Made by a program: the position numbers and the translations under genes
Notes under the pieces: model-generated
Databases searched by the model: none
The model's input: only the letters and a program-made list of their open reading frames with translations
What the model was told of the DNA's origin: nothing
In this document: one piece after another, positions 1 through 10,258 of the stretch
How the letters are laid out: every line of letters starts with the position of its first letter
Numbering within the stretch: position 1 is the stretch's first letter
NCBI GenBank assembly: GCA_964427405.1
Contig: CAYRUB010000007.1
Location: 25,364-89,363, forward strand
Length of the DNA stretch: 64,000 nucleotides
Reading direction: 5' to 3'
Source of the DNA: an uncultured Planctomycetales bacterium
GTDB taxonomy: Bacteria; Omnitrophota; Gorgyraeia; Gygaellales; Profunditerraquicolaceae

Positions 1-978
1 CTGGCTGGAAGCGCCTTTTAATAAATTATCAATAGCGCTGATAACAATAATCGTCTTGCCGAAATCCTTAACCCCGATATCACAAAAATTAGTCTTTACT
101 ACATCCTTAATTCTGGGAAAAGCGCCATCCGGCTTAATCCGGATAAAAGGCTCGTTCTTATAGAATTTCTTAAATAAATCTGTAAGGCTCTTAACCTTAA
201 GCTTTGCTCCGGAAGCTTTCTTAACATAAATAGTTGAAAGTATCCCCCGCTCGATCGGCAATAAGTGCGGCACAAAAACTACATCCACTTTTTTCCCGGA
301 TACTTTTGAAAGCACCTGATTTATCTCAGGAGTATGCTGATGCACATTGACTTTATATGCCCTGAAATCACCTTGTATTTCAGAAAACAAGAACTCTTTA
401 TCCAGCTTTTTGCCCGCGCCGCTTACACCGGATTTAGCGTCAATAATTATAGAGTTTAAATCGACCAGATTAACCGCCAACAACGGCGCCAACGCTAAGA
501 TTATTGAAGTAGGATAACACCCCGGGTTAGCCAGAAGGTTGGCGGTCTTGATTTTTGCCCGGTAAAGCTCAGGCAATCCATAAACCGCGTCTCTTAAGTT
601 AGCCTTATCCGCATGAGTAACTTTATAAAATTTCTCATATACCGACGGATTAATAAGCCTATAGTCAGCGCTTAAGTCGATAACCTTTTTACCCAGGCTT
701 AAAAGCTTTGGCACAAATTTCATGGATACAGTATGCGGAAGGGTCAGAAAAACCAGGTCGCAATCTTTCTTAATCTTGAGCCAGTCGGGTTTTGTACAAA
801 CCAAATCAAGCCGGTGTTTAAATTTTGGGAAGACATCGGAGATAACTTGAGCGCCCTGGCCGGTTTTGCCGGAATTAAAAAGATGGGTAATCCTGACATT
901 AGGATGATTAAGCAAGAGCTCAATAAGCACCTCACCCGTATGCCCGGTTGCGCCGATTATGCCAACATTGATCATCAT
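1..978 (-). CDS. argC: N-acetyl-gamma-glutamyl-phosphate reductase; 3' end truncated by the window edge, so absent from the ORF track
   Basis: The reverse complement of 918-978 translates to MMINVGIIGATGHTGEVLIEL..., a GxxGxxG Rossmann N-terminus typical of ArgC. The frame stays open to position 1. Confidence 0.75.
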   Translation of the reverse strand, partial: MMINVGIIGATGHTGEVLIELLLNHPNVRITHLFNSGKTGQGAQVISDVFPKFKHRLDLVCTKPDWLKIKKDCDLVFLTLPHTVSMKFVPKLLSLGKKVIDLSADYRLINPSVYEKFYKVTHADKANLRDAVYGLPELYRAKIKTANLLANPGCYPTSIILALAPLLAVNLVDLNSIIIDAKSGVSGAGKKLDKEFLFSEIQGDFRAYKVNVHQHTPEINQVLSKVSGKKVDVVFVPHLLPIERGILSTIYVKKASGAKLKVKSLTDLFKKFYKNEPFIRIKPDGAFPRIKDVVKTNFCDIGVKDFGKTIIVISAIDNLLKGASSQ

Positions 979-1104
979 TTTATTCTCCACGCTTTTTAAA
1001 AAAGCCTTTTATATCGATAAATTGACAATTCAATAGTTAAATCATATTAGAATAAAATCCATCTTCCGTCAAGGATTTTTCTCGTCGGAATCAAAGATAT
1101 GGTT

Positions 1105-1270
1105 TAACGGGTCCTGACGAGCCTTGCCTCTCGCAGCACCGCTTGATTTTCCCCAGCGTGGAAAATCTTCGCTTCAGCAAAAATTCTCGCTCTGCCGGGA
1201 CATTTATTACGGGCAACCGTGCCCGCTCGCATTTTTGAGATGCTGTTCGAGTTCAAGGCTCGTCACCCGT
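1105..1270. ncRNA. Candidate structured small RNA of unknown family in the 360-bp ORF-free gap between argC and rpsI; strand undetermined
   Basis: A long closing stem pairs aacgggtcc-tgacgagccttg (1105-1125) with caaggctcgtca-cccgtt (1252-1269). An internal hairpin cgggcaaccgtgcccg lies at 1211-1226. The segment is more GC-rich than its flanks and has no ORF. Confidence 0.3.
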
Positions 1271-1332
1271 TAATAACATACCAATTCTTAAGGTTCCCGA
1301 CTTCGTAGCAGACGGCAAAAACCCTATACAAA

Positions 1333-1366
1333 CAAAAAATCCCGCTTTCTGAGCGGGATCGTTTGC
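1333..1366 (-). terminator. Rho-independent terminator downstream of rplM-rpsI
   Basis: The minus strand reads gatcccgctcagaaagcgggattttttgtttg: a GC hairpin followed by a T-run, immediately 3' of the rpsI stop. Confidence 0.6.
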
Positions 1367-1400
1367 GAAAATTATTTTTATATAAAAGGAGTTGTTCCTC

Positions 1401-1796
1401 CTACCTCTTCGTCCACTGGAAGCGCTTACGCGCGCCCTTTAAGCCGTACTTCTTGCGCTCCTTCATACGCGGATCACGCGTTAAATATCCGTTTTTACGA
1501 AATATATCCTTAAAGTTAGAATCCGCGATTAAGAGTGCCCTGGCAATACCTAAACGCAAAGCTCCTGCCTGACCGGTTAACCCGCCGCCATTAAGCCTGG
1601 CCGCGACATTAAATTTAGCCGCGCTTTCCGTAATCGCCAAAGGTTGTTTAGCAATAATGCGGTCGGTTTCGCGCAAAAAATATTTCTCAAAAGGACGGCC
1701 GTTAATTGTAATCTCTCCCGTACCGGGTTCCATACGTACCCTGGCGGTTGATTCTTTGCGCCTGCCTAATGCTATATATTTAGTTGAATCAGTCAT
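1401..1796 (-). CDS. rpsI: 30S ribosomal protein S9
   Basis: 131 aa. GGGLTGQAGALRLGIARAL and a C-terminal RKRFQWTKR tail are diagnostic S9 motifs. Confidence 0.95.
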   Translation of the reverse strand: MTDSTKYIALGRRKESTARVRMEPGTGEITINGRPFEKYFLRETDRIIAKQPLAITESAAKFNVAARLNGGGLTGQAGALRLGIARALLIADSNFKDIFRKNGYLTRDPRMKERKKYGLKGARKRFQWTKR

Positions 1797-1802
1797 TTAT
1801 TT

Positions 1803-2234
1803 TTAAACCTCCAAGACAATCGGTTTTGCTCCGGTCAATTTATGCTTATCATCCGCATAGACCCTCAATTTCTTAATTAAATCCCTGCCTAAAGGCCCAA
1901 TAGGAAGCATCCTTTCCACAGCTAAATGTATAACTGTAGTTGGGTTTTTAGCTAAAAGCTTTTCCAAAACTATCTCACGCTGGCCTCCGGGGTAACCGGA
2001 ATACCTGCTATAGACTTTTTGTTTAAGTTTACGTCCGGTAACCTTGATCTGGCTGGCATTAAGCACAATCACTCCATCACCGGTATCAATGTGGGGAGTA
2101 AAAATCGGCTTATGCTTACCTCTTAAGATAGAGGCAACCTTAGCTGCCAACCTTCCAAGAATCTTGCCCTTGGCGTCGACAATATACCACTTCATCTTGA
2201 TATCTTCTGGTCTTGCTGTATAGGTCTTTTTCAT
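1803..2234 (-). CDS. rplM: 50S ribosomal protein L13
   Basis: 143 aa with an L13-like sequence, sitting directly upstream of rpsI in the conserved rplM-rpsI operon. Confidence 0.93.
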   Translation of the reverse strand: MKKTYTARPEDIKMKWYIVDAKGKILGRLAAKVASILRGKHKPIFTPHIDTGDGVIVLNASQIKVTGRKLKQKVYSRYSGYPGGQREIVLEKLLAKNPTTVIHLAVERMLPIGPLGRDLIKKLRVYADDKHKLTGAKPIVLEV

Positions 2235-2279
2235 AGAAAGATAATTATAGCAAAATAATGAATAAAGTCAAATCTTTTT

Positions 2280-3041
2280 TTAGTACTTTACCTTGACTAA
2301 ACACAATCCTTTTGCCGGAAGCGCCGGCCCGGCAAGCTTGCGGTTGCGCGATTCTAAAATTTTTCGCATACTGCCCCTAAGGAACCTCCCCCTGCCTATC
2401 TCTAATAATGTGCCGGCAATATTCCTGACCATATTATACAAGAAGCTATCCGCCTCTATATCAATATGCAGAAGGTTCTTATCCCTGGTAATTTTAATAC
2501 TCTTAATAGTGCGTACAGGATTTCTGTATCTTAACTCAGTGGCCTGGAAAGATGTAAAGTTATGCTTTCCCGAGAGCGCTTTAGCTTCACTGCGCATTAG
2601 CCCTATATCCAAAGGATGATGAAAAAAATAAACCCGGCTCGCCAAAAGCGGAGATGAATATTTATGGTTTAAGATTGTATAACGGTAAAGCTTGGATTTA
2701 GCGCAAAAGCGGCTGTTAAAATCCGGCCCAACTTTACTTATCCGGGTTACTTTAATATCCTCAGGCAATAAACAATTCAAGGCCCAACGCAACCTCTGTA
2801 AAGGCATTCTGGAGGAACTTTTAAAATTAGCAACCTGTGAAAGAGCATGTACACCTGAATCTGTGCGCCCGGCGACAATCAGCTTAATATTTTCCTGCAG
2901 AAGCTTTCTAAGAACCTGCTCTAAAACATACTGAATTGTCTTCTTAGGCTGGTAATGCGCTCTGGCTTTTGTTTTATTTTGTACCTGCCAACCGTGATAG
3001 GCTGTGCCGTCGTATTCTATTTCGAGCTTGAAATTAAACAT
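2280..3041 (-). CDS. truA: tRNA pseudouridine(38-40) synthase
   Basis: 253 aa with an EIEYDGTAYHGWQ N-terminus and the RTDSGVHA catalytic-aspartate motif. Confidence 0.9.
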   Translation of the reverse strand: MFNFKLEIEYDGTAYHGWQVQNKTKARAHYQPKKTIQYVLEQVLRKLLQENIKLIVAGRTDSGVHALSQVANFKSSSRMPLQRLRWALNCLLPEDIKVTRISKVGPDFNSRFCAKSKLYRYTILNHKYSSPLLASRVYFFHHPLDIGLMRSEAKALSGKHNFTSFQATELRYRNPVRTIKSIKITRDKNLLHIDIEADSFLYNMVRNIAGTLLEIGRGRFLRGSMRKILESRNRKLAGPALPAKGLCLVKVKY

Positions 3042-4045
3042 TCAGCTATTTGCACGGCATTAGTAGCAGCACCTTTACGCAGGTTATCCGCTACAACCCA
3101 CAACCATAAACCTTTTTTATTAAAAGCATCCTGGCGGATACGGCCGATAAAAGTTTCATCCTTGCCTTCCGCATCTTTAGGCATAGGATAAAGATTATTT
3201 TTCAAATCATCCATAACAATTATACCGGCTGATTTGGCGAGGATTTTTTTTGCCTCATCAGGATCAATCGCTTTTTCAGTTTCAATATAGACGGATTCCG
3301 AATGGCCTGTCCTTACCGGAACACGCACCGTAGTAGCAGAGATTTTAATCTTTGGGGCATGCATAATTTTGTGAGTTTCATTAACCAATTTCCACTCTTC
3401 ATTGGTATAGCCGCCTTCCACAAAACTACCGATATGTGGAAAACAATTATAAGCCAATTGCTGCGGCATAGTCTTATTCACGCCATCAGCCTGTACACTG
3501 TTAAATCCACCCTGGGCAATCTTAGCGTTTTCATTATTTAACTGCTCAACAGCGGCTTTACCAGCTCCGCTGGATGCCTGCAAAGTAGTAACAATAATCT
3601 TCTTAATACGATATTTCTTATGTAAAGGGTTAAGCGCCACAACCATCTGGATAGTGGAACAATTAGGATTGGCGATAATTCCTTTGTGTTTTTTAACATC
3701 AGCGCCATTTACTTCAGGAACTACTAACGGAACTTTGGGATCCATGCGAAAGTCAGCTCCATTGTCAATAACCACTGCCCCTCTTTTAACCGCTTCAGGA
3801 GCATAAGTTACCGCAGCGCCTTTTTCACCTTCGGTGCCGGCGAATAAAGCGATATCAATACCATTAAAGCCATCTGCTGAAATTGGTTCAACCGCATATA
3901 CCTGGCCATCCACTTCCATATTTCTGGCTGAGCGCGCGAAGACCTTTAATTGATTAACCGGAAAATTACGCTGTTTTAAAACTCGCAGCATTTCAACACC
4001 TACAACACCGGCGCCGATAACCGCAACATTATATTTTTTCATCAA
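3017..4045 (-). CDS. asd: Aspartate-semialdehyde dehydrogenase
   Basis: 342 aa. GAGVVGVEM NAD-binding N-terminus and the NPNCSTI active-site cysteine motif. Confidence 0.9.
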   Translation of the reverse strand: MMKKYNVAVIGAGVVGVEMLRVLKQRNFPVNQLKVFARSARNMEVDGQVYAVEPISADGFNGIDIALFAGTEGEKGAAVTYAPEAVKRGAVVIDNGADFRMDPKVPLVVPEVNGADVKKHKGIIANPNCSTIQMVVALNPLHKKYRIKKIIVTTLQASSGAGKAAVEQLNNENAKIAQGGFNSVQADGVNKTMPQQLAYNCFPHIGSFVEGGYTNEEWKLVNETHKIMHAPKIKISATTVRVPVRTGHSESVYIETEKAIDPDEAKKILAKSAGIIVMDDLKNNLYPMPKDAEGKDETFIGRIRQDAFNKKGLWLWVVADNLRKGAATNAVQIAECLISSSK

Positions 4046-4046
4046 A

Positions 4047-5108
4047 TTACCCCTTCAAGTTTTTAACCACCAGGTTACCGATTTCAGTGGTCGAATAACC
4101 CATTTTTCCGGCAGCCAGCGATTTTATATCCTTATTTACAATCCCGATTACCGACTGCTCAATTGCTTTGGCAGCTTTCTCTTGGCCAAGATTTTCAAGC
4201 ATCATGCCACAAGCGCAAATCGCGGCCAACGGATTAATCACATTTTTACCGGTATACTTTGGAGCGCTACCGCCAATAGGTTCAAACATGGATACGCCTT
4301 GCGGATTGATATTCCCGCCTGCCGCAATTCCCATACCGCCCTGGATCATTGCCCCTAAGTCCGTAATAATATCTCCAAATAAGTTGTCGGTAACAATCAC
4401 ATCAAACCATTCCGGATTCTTCACAAACCACATGGTGGTTGCGTCCACATGCGCGTAATCAGTAGTTACATCCGGATACTCCTTAGCTACCTCATTAAAT
4501 GTGCGCTGCCAAAGATCCCAGGCATAAGTTAAAACATTAGTCTTGCCGCAAAGGGTCAGCTTTTTCTTTTTATTACGTTTGCGAGTACACTCAAAGGCAT
4601 AACGGATGCAACGCTCTACCCCTTTACGCGTATTATAAGAAATCTGAATTGCCACCTCATCCTTACTCCCTTTATCTTTAAACTCCCCCATACCTTTATA
4701 TAGGCCTTCGGAGTTCTCACGCACGACCACAAAATCAATATCCTCCGGTTTTTTATCTTTTAAAGGGCAATACGCGGAATTATAAAGTTTTACCGGCCTA
4801 AGGTTGATATACTGATCAAGGGCAAACCTCAGCTTAAGCAATACTCCCGTCTCAATAATTCCGGGTTTAACCTCAGGGTCACCCACCGCGCCAAGATAAA
4901 TCGCGTTGTATTTTTTTAATTCCTCGATATCGCTATCATCAACGAGTTTGCCGGTTTTTAAATATCTCTGGCCGCTGAAATCAAAGAATTTGGTTTCATA
5001 TTTAAAACCGAATTTCTTGCCGGCTTGCTCTAAAACCTTTAAACCTTCATTAATTACTTCGGGACCGGTTCCATCACCAGGTATGACCGCGATTTTATAC
5101 ATAAGCAC
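4047..5108 (-). CDS. leuB: 3-isopropylmalate dehydrogenase (isocitrate/isopropylmalate DH family)
   Basis: 353 aa. IAVIPGDGTGPEV N-terminus and NLFGDIITDLGA motif. It is adjacent to leuC/leuD. Confidence 0.85.
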   Translation of the reverse strand: MLMYKIAVIPGDGTGPEVINEGLKVLEQAGKKFGFKYETKFFDFSGQRYLKTGKLVDDSDIEELKKYNAIYLGAVGDPEVKPGIIETGVLLKLRFALDQYINLRPVKLYNSAYCPLKDKKPEDIDFVVVRENSEGLYKGMGEFKDKGSKDEVAIQISYNTRKGVERCIRYAFECTRKRNKKKKLTLCGKTNVLTYAWDLWQRTFNEVAKEYPDVTTDYAHVDATTMWFVKNPEWFDVIVTDNLFGDIITDLGAMIQGGMGIAAGGNINPQGVSMFEPIGGSAPKYTGKNVINPLAAICACGMMLENLGQEKAAKAIEQSVIGIVNKDIKSLAAGKMGYSTTEIGNLVVKNLKG

Positions 5109-5130
5109 CTCTTAGTTTTTATCTAGCGAA

Positions 5131-5190
5131 ATCCCGCGGAGTGCTCCAAAATTATCGAAGAAAATTTTGGAGCTGAATACGAAGCGGGAT
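5131..5190 (-). promoter_or_regulatory. Nested stem-loop between leuD and leuB; possible intercistronic attenuator or processing site
   Basis: atcccgc...gcgggat encloses a perfect 11-bp stem gctccaaaatt/aattttggagc with a 9-nt loop. It lies in the 90-bp leuD-leuB gap. Confidence 0.35.
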
Positions 5191-5198
5191 ATTTGTCA

Positions 5199-5690
5199 TT
5201 ACTTTACTGTCTGTCTTTTAATATAATTAATCAAACCTCCGCACTCCACAATCTGCTGCAGGAATTCCGGAAAAGCCTGTGTTTTATATTGTTTATTTTG
5301 CGTTATATTATTAATCGTGCCTGTTGTTAAATCTATTTCAACAATATCCCCATGATTAATCTTATCTACATCCGCCGATTCTAAAAACGGCAAACCGATA
5401 TTTATAGCGTTCCTAAAGAATATGGCAGCGAAGCTTTTGGCAATTACCGCGGAAACCCCGCACCCTTTAATTGCTAAAGGCGCATGTTCACGGCTTGAGC
5501 CACAGCCAAAGTTATTTCCGGCGACAATTATATCCCCCGGGCTGACCACCTGAGAAAAACTGGGGTTTATAGTTTCCATGCAATGCTTGCCTAACTCCTG
5601 AGCATCAGTAGAAACCAGGTATTTAGCCGCGATAATATCGTCAGTATTTATATCATCGCTGAATTTATGAACCTTACCTTTAATAATCAT
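5199..5690 (-). CDS. leuD: 3-isopropylmalate dehydratase small subunit
   Basis: 163 aa from the aconitase small-subunit (LeuD) family. Its start overlaps the leuC stop. Confidence 0.88.
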   Translation of the reverse strand: MIIKGKVHKFSDDINTDDIIAAKYLVSTDAQELGKHCMETINPSFSQVVSPGDIIVAGNNFGCGSSREHAPLAIKGCGVSAVIAKSFAAIFFRNAINIGLPFLESADVDKINHGDIVEIDLTTGTINNITQNKQYKTQAFPEFLQQIVECGGLINYIKRQTVK

Positions 5691-6955
5691 ATTTTATCGG
5701 GATGCGTAATTCTTCCTGTAATCGCCGAGGCTGCGGCTACCGCCGGATTAGAAAGATAAACAAATGATTTCGGGCTGCCCATTCTTCCCAGAAAATTCCT
5801 GTTAGTCGTAGCGATAGCGACCTCGCCATCAGCTAAAATTCCCATATGCCCGCCTAAGCACGGCCCGCAGGTCGGGGTTGAGAATACGCCGCCGGCTCTA
5901 ACAAAAATTTCAGCCAAGCCTTCTTCAACCGCCTGTAAATAAATCTTTTGTGTTGCCGGAAAAACAATTAATTTTACCCCCTTGGCCACCTTCCTACCCT
6001 TAAGTAAAGAAGCAGCAATACGTAAATCTGAAATCCGGCCATTAGTACATGAGCCGATAACTGACTGATCGATCTTTATGTTTTTCAGGCTATTAACCGG
6101 CTTGGTATTACTTGGCAGATGCGGACAGGCCACTTGCGGCTCAAGTTTCGTAACACCCCATTCATATATTTTCTCATAATGGGCATCCTTGTCAGAATAA
6201 TAAAATTTAGGTTTACGCTTAAAGCCCGCGACATATTTTTTAGTTTTTTCATCAGGTTCAATTAAACCTGCCCTTGCTCCGGCTTCAATAGCCATGTTAC
6301 ACATAGAAAATCTATCATCCATACCTAATCTTTGAATTACCGGGCCGCAAAACTCCATTACCTTATATAGGGCCCCATCCACGCCAATCTGGCCAATGGT
6401 ATAAAGAATAAGGTCTTTGCCTCCTACCCATTTGTTTAGCTTACCTTTATATATAAACTTTATAGATGCCGGAACCCTTAACCAGCACTTGCCGTCAATA
6501 TAAGCGCGGGCTAAATCAGTTGAGCCCATACCAGTGGCATAAGCACCTAAGGCCCCATAAGTACAAGTATGGGAATCCGCTCCGATAATCAGGTCTCCGG
6601 GCAGGACAATTCCTTTTTCAGGAAGCAGCGCGTGCTCAATACCCATGCATCCGATTTCAAAATAGTTCTTTATCCCCTGCTCTTTGGCGAAATCAGCCAA
6701 AACCTTGCATTGATTGGCGCTTTTTAAATCTTTAGCCGGGGCGAAATGATCCGGGACTAAAACAATTTTATTTTTGTTAAAAACTTTTTTAAAACCTGAT
6801 TTTTTAAACTCTGAAATAGCTAAAGGCGCGGTGATATCGTTAGCCAAGGCAACATCAACTTTAGCCTGGGTAAACTCGCCGGGCTTAATTGACTTTTGGC
6901 CAGAATGCTTTAATAAGATTTTTTCCGCGATAGTGTAGGGCATTTTTAAAATCAA
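5687..6955 (-). CDS. leuC: 3-isopropylmalate dehydratase large subunit
   Basis: 422 aa aconitase-family catalytic domain with an Fe-S ligand region (CGPC), lying 5' of leuD. Confidence 0.88.
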   Translation of the reverse strand: MILKMPYTIAEKILLKHSGQKSIKPGEFTQAKVDVALANDITAPLAISEFKKSGFKKVFNKNKIVLVPDHFAPAKDLKSANQCKVLADFAKEQGIKNYFEIGCMGIEHALLPEKGIVLPGDLIIGADSHTCTYGALGAYATGMGSTDLARAYIDGKCWLRVPASIKFIYKGKLNKWVGGKDLILYTIGQIGVDGALYKVMEFCGPVIQRLGMDDRFSMCNMAIEAGARAGLIEPDEKTKKYVAGFKRKPKFYYSDKDAHYEKIYEWGVTKLEPQVACPHLPSNTKPVNSLKNIKIDQSVIGSCTNGRISDLRIAASLLKGRKVAKGVKLIVFPATQKIYLQAVEEGLAEIFVRAGGVFSTPTCGPCLGGHMGILADGEVAIATTNRNFLGRMGSPKSFVYLSNPAVAAASAITGRITHPDKI

Positions 6956-6971
6956 GAGGACGTTTCTATTT

Positions 6972-8216
6972 TTATCCTTTGAACTTCTTTACTATAAGAG
7001 AGGCGTTGTGCCCACCGAATCCTAAAGAATTAGACATGCAGGCTGTTAGGTTCGCTTTGCGCGCTATATTAGGCACGTAATCCAGGTCGCACTCCGGATC
7101 AGGATGTTCGTAGTTGATAGTAGGAGGAACAACTCCGTCTCTAATCGCTAAACAACAGGCCACAAACTCCACTCCGCCTGCCGCTCCCAAAAGATGCCCG
7201 GTTACAGACTTCGTGGAAGAAACCATTACCTTCTTGCTATAATCGCCAAATGACTTCTTTATAGACAAGGTCTCGATTTTATCATTTAATTTAGTTGAAG
7301 TTCCATGCGCGTTTATATAAGAAATATCGGAAGGATTCATCCGGCCGTCTTTTAACGCCATAGTTATTGCCTGAGCAGCCCCCGCTCCATCAGGATCAGG
7401 CGCGGTTATATGGTAAGCATCACAACTCATACCGTATCCAACAATTTCAGCGATAATATTGGCATTTCTTTTTTGAGCATGTTCTAAGGTCTCCAAGACA
7501 ACCAAACCGCTCCCCTCAGCCATTACAAAACCATCACGGTCGCGGTCAAACGGACGGCTGGCCTTCTGAGGATCATCATTCCTGGTAGAAAGCGCCCTTA
7601 ACGCGCAAAAACCACCCACCGCGGTAGGCACAATACAACTTTCCGTACCTCCGGTAAGCATTACATCCGCGTCTCCATAAAGGATCGTCCTATACGCCTC
7701 GCCTATGGCATGCGAACCCGAAGCGCAGGCAGTAACTACGCAAGAATTCGGGCCTTTTAACCCATGAATAATCGCGACCAGGCCGCTTGCCTCATTAACA
7801 ATAAGCATAGGAATAAGAAACGGTGATAACCTGGAAGGCCCTTTGCTAAGCAAAACTTTATGTTCTTCTTCAACAGTATGCAAACTTCCGATACCTGAAC
7901 CAATGATCGTACCAAGGCGGGTTCTATCCTCTTTATCTAAATCTAAACCGGAAGATTCCATTGCCTGTTTAGCGGCAGCTACAGCAAACTGTACAAACCT
8001 TGCCGTTCTTTTAATATCTTTAAGGGAAATCCCATAATGAGTAGGGTCAAAATTCTTTACTTCCGCCGAAATACGGGAATCAAAAGCTGACGCATCAAAA
8101 CTGGTAGTCGGCCCGACCCCGCTTTTGCCATCCTTTAAAGATTGCCAAAAGCTAGGGACATCATTACCTACCGGTGTGATTACGCCTAAACCTGTAATTA
8201 CTACTCTTTTTTTCAT
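6972..8216 (-). CDS. fabF: 3-oxoacyl-ACP synthase II
   Basis: 414 aa. VVITGLGVITPVGN N-terminus, the active-site Cys region (ACASGSHAIG) and the His-His motifs of KAS II. Confidence 0.93.
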   Translation of the reverse strand: MKKRVVITGLGVITPVGNDVPSFWQSLKDGKSGVGPTTSFDASAFDSRISAEVKNFDPTHYGISLKDIKRTARFVQFAVAAAKQAMESSGLDLDKEDRTRLGTIIGSGIGSLHTVEEEHKVLLSKGPSRLSPFLIPMLIVNEASGLVAIIHGLKGPNSCVVTACASGSHAIGEAYRTILYGDADVMLTGGTESCIVPTAVGGFCALRALSTRNDDPQKASRPFDRDRDGFVMAEGSGLVVLETLEHAQKRNANIIAEIVGYGMSCDAYHITAPDPDGAGAAQAITMALKDGRMNPSDISYINAHGTSTKLNDKIETLSIKKSFGDYSKKVMVSSTKSVTGHLLGAAGGVEFVACCLAIRDGVVPPTINYEHPDPECDLDYVPNIARKANLTACMSNSLGFGGHNASLIVKKFKG

Positions 8217-8230
8217 ATTTATTCTAACAA

Positions 8231-8262
8231 AATTTACCCCGCAAAAGCTAAAATGCGGGGTA
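8231..8262 (-). terminator. Hairpin after acpP; partial terminator or attenuator ahead of fabF
   Basis: A 10-bp stem ttaccccgca/tgcggggtaa with a 10-nt loop sits directly 3' of acpP. The downstream U-tract is weak. Confidence 0.4.
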
Positions 8263-8287
8263 AATTGTTTGTTTTTCTATCTAATTA

Positions 8288-8551
8288 TTATTTGGCGCTT
8301 TTCTCATCAATGTACTTCATGGCATCGCCAACAGTAGTGATCTTCTCCGCGTCCTCATCAGGAATTTCAATACCAAACTCTTCTTCTAAAGCCATAACCA
8401 GCTCTACAGTATCGAGTGAATCAGCACCCAAGTCATCAACAAATGATGCCTCAGGAGTTACCTCTTCGGGTTTTACACCTAACTGTTCTGCTATGATAGA
8501 TTTTACTTTCTCTTGTACTGCCATTCTCTTTTCCTCCTTGTGTAGAAACAC
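8288..8551 (-). CDS. acpP: Acyl carrier protein
   Basis: 87 aa with the [21 protein letters not shown] phosphopantetheine-attachment motif. Confidence 0.95.
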   Translation of the reverse strand: MFLHKEEKRMAVQEKVKSIIAEQLGVKPEEVTPEASFVDDLGADSLDTVELVMALEEEFGIEIPDEDAEKITTVGDAMKYIDEKSAK

Positions 8552-8556
8552 ATACT

Positions 8557-9300
8557 TTATGACATTACCATGCCGCCATCAATCGTGATTACCTGCCCGG
8601 TGATATAACTTGACTCATCAGAAGCCAAGAACAAACAGGTATTCGCTACATCCTGAGGTGTTCCAAGCTTAGCTAAAGGTATTGCCTCCAGCATCTTCTT
8701 CTTTATATCCTCAGGGAGCTTGGCGGTCATCTCTGTTTGGATAAATCCGGGAGCTACAGCATTAGCATTAATATTACGGCTGGCTAATTCTTTAGCTACT
8801 GTCTTTGTAAGAGCGATTATACCCGCTTTTGAAGCGGCGTAATTTGCCTGACCGGGATTACCCATTAAACCGATGATCGAAGCTATGCTAATGATCCGTC
8901 CGCTTCTTTGTTTTATCATCGGCCGGGTTACGGCCTTGATGCAGTTAAATGTACCCTTAAGGTTAACATTAATTACCGCATCCCAATCTGCCTGGGACAT
9001 TCTAAGTAAAAGATTGTCTTTAGTAATCCCAGCGTTGTTAACTAATATATCAACCTTTCCCATTTTGTCAAGAATTTTATTTATGCCTTCTTCTACCTTC
9101 TCATAATTGGTTACATCCATCTCCAAAGCCAGTGCCTTACGGCCTAAACCTTCAATTTCAAGCGCCGTTTTCTGGGCTATTTCTAAATTTACATCAGCTA
9201 CAACAATATCCGCGCCCTCTCTGGCAAATGTCAAAGCAATCGCCTGGCCTATCCCTCTTGCTCCACCTGTAATCAAAGCTACTTTATCCTTTAGTCTCAT
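8557..9300 (-). CDS. fabG: 3-oxoacyl-ACP reductase
   Basis: 247 aa [15 protein letters not shown] cofactor motif, NNAG, and a YxxxK catalytic pair (YAASKAG). Confidence 0.92.
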   Translation of the reverse strand: MRLKDKVALITGGARGIGQAIALTFAREGADIVVADVNLEIAQKTALEIEGLGRKALALEMDVTNYEKVEEGINKILDKMGKVDILVNNAGITKDNLLLRMSQADWDAVINVNLKGTFNCIKAVTRPMIKQRSGRIISIASIIGLMGNPGQANYAASKAGIIALTKTVAKELASRNINANAVAPGFIQTEMTAKLPEDIKKKMLEAIPLAKLGTPQDVANTCLFLASDESSYITGQVITIDGGMVMS

Positions 9301-9340
9301 TTTATCCTCCTAACCCACGAGGGTACACCGGCCACTTCCT

Positions 9341-10258
9341 TTAAGGCCGGGTGTTAACCACCTGATCCATATCCGTGCTCTTTTCTATATTTATAACTTG
9401 CGCGTTACTTTCAATGCGGCGCATCAGGCCCTTTAAAACCTTTCCCGGGCCAAATTCATAAAATTTAGTTACCCCTTCAGATAAAATAAAACGCATCGAT
9501 TCTTCCCATCTCACTGAACCCTTTATCTGATTGACCAGATTCTCCCTTATTTGGCCAGCTTTATATTGCGGCTGCGCAGTATAATTGCTGATTACAGGAA
9601 ACTTGGGTTCAGAAATCTGTATATTATCAAGAATAAGCTTTAATTCTAACGCAGCCTCTGACATTAAGGAAGAATGAAAGCCGCCGCTGACCTCAAGGAG
9701 AATCACCCTTTTTGCCCCTGCCTGATTACAAAGCTCCATAGCCTGATTTACCGCTTCCGCCTTTCCGGTAATGACAATCTGGCCGGGGCAGTTAAGATTC
9801 GCGATTTCAGCTCCGGATTGCAGGCAGATTTCCTTTAGCTTTTCTACGGATAACTCCAAAACCGCGGCCATCTTTCCAGGGTGCTTCTTGGAGGCCTCTT
9901 CCATCAGTTGGCCTCTTTTATTTATCAAACGAATACCGTCATCAAAAGCTAAGGCGCCTGCGGCAATTAAGGCGGAGTATTCACCTAAACTTAAGCCCGC
10001 GGTAAAAGAAGGGACAAGATTTGATTTAGATTTAAAAACCTCAAAAGCCGCGATACTTGCGGTTACGATCGACGGCTGAGATACATCGGTAGATTTAAGT
10101 TTCTCTTCGGGGCCTTCAAAACAAAGCTTCTTTAATTCAAAACCCAGCAACTCCTCTGCCCTGTCAAATACCTTACGCGCCTCCGGGAAAGACTCGTACA
10201 AATCTTTACCCATGCCTGCATATTGGCTTCCCTGGCCGGCAAAAAGATAGCCTACCAC
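9341..10258 (-). CDS. fabD: Malonyl-CoA:ACP transacylase
   Basis: 305 aa. FAGQGSQYAGMG and the GLSLGEYSA active-site serine motif. Confidence 0.92.
   Translation of the reverse strand: MVGYLFAGQGSQYAGMGKDLYESFPEARKVFDRAEELLGFELKKLCFEGPEEKLKSTDVSQPSIVTASIAAFEVFKSKSNLVPSFTAGLSLGEYSALIAAGALAFDDGIRLINKRGQLMEEASKKHPGKMAAVLELSVEKLKEICLQSGAEIANLNCPGQIVITGKAEAVNQAMELCNQAGAKRVILLEVSGGFHSSLMSEAALELKLILDNIQISEPKFPVISNYTAQPQYKAGQIRENLVNQIKGSVRWEESMRFILSEGVTKFYEFGPGKVLKGLMRRIESNAQVINIEKSTDMDQVVNTRP

Noticed and set aside
733-999. Plus-strand 88-aa ORF and minus-strand 63-aa ORF (744..935) from the track
   Set aside because: Both lie wholly inside and antisense to, or out of frame with, the clear argC reading frame that runs off the window edge. 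They have no motifs.
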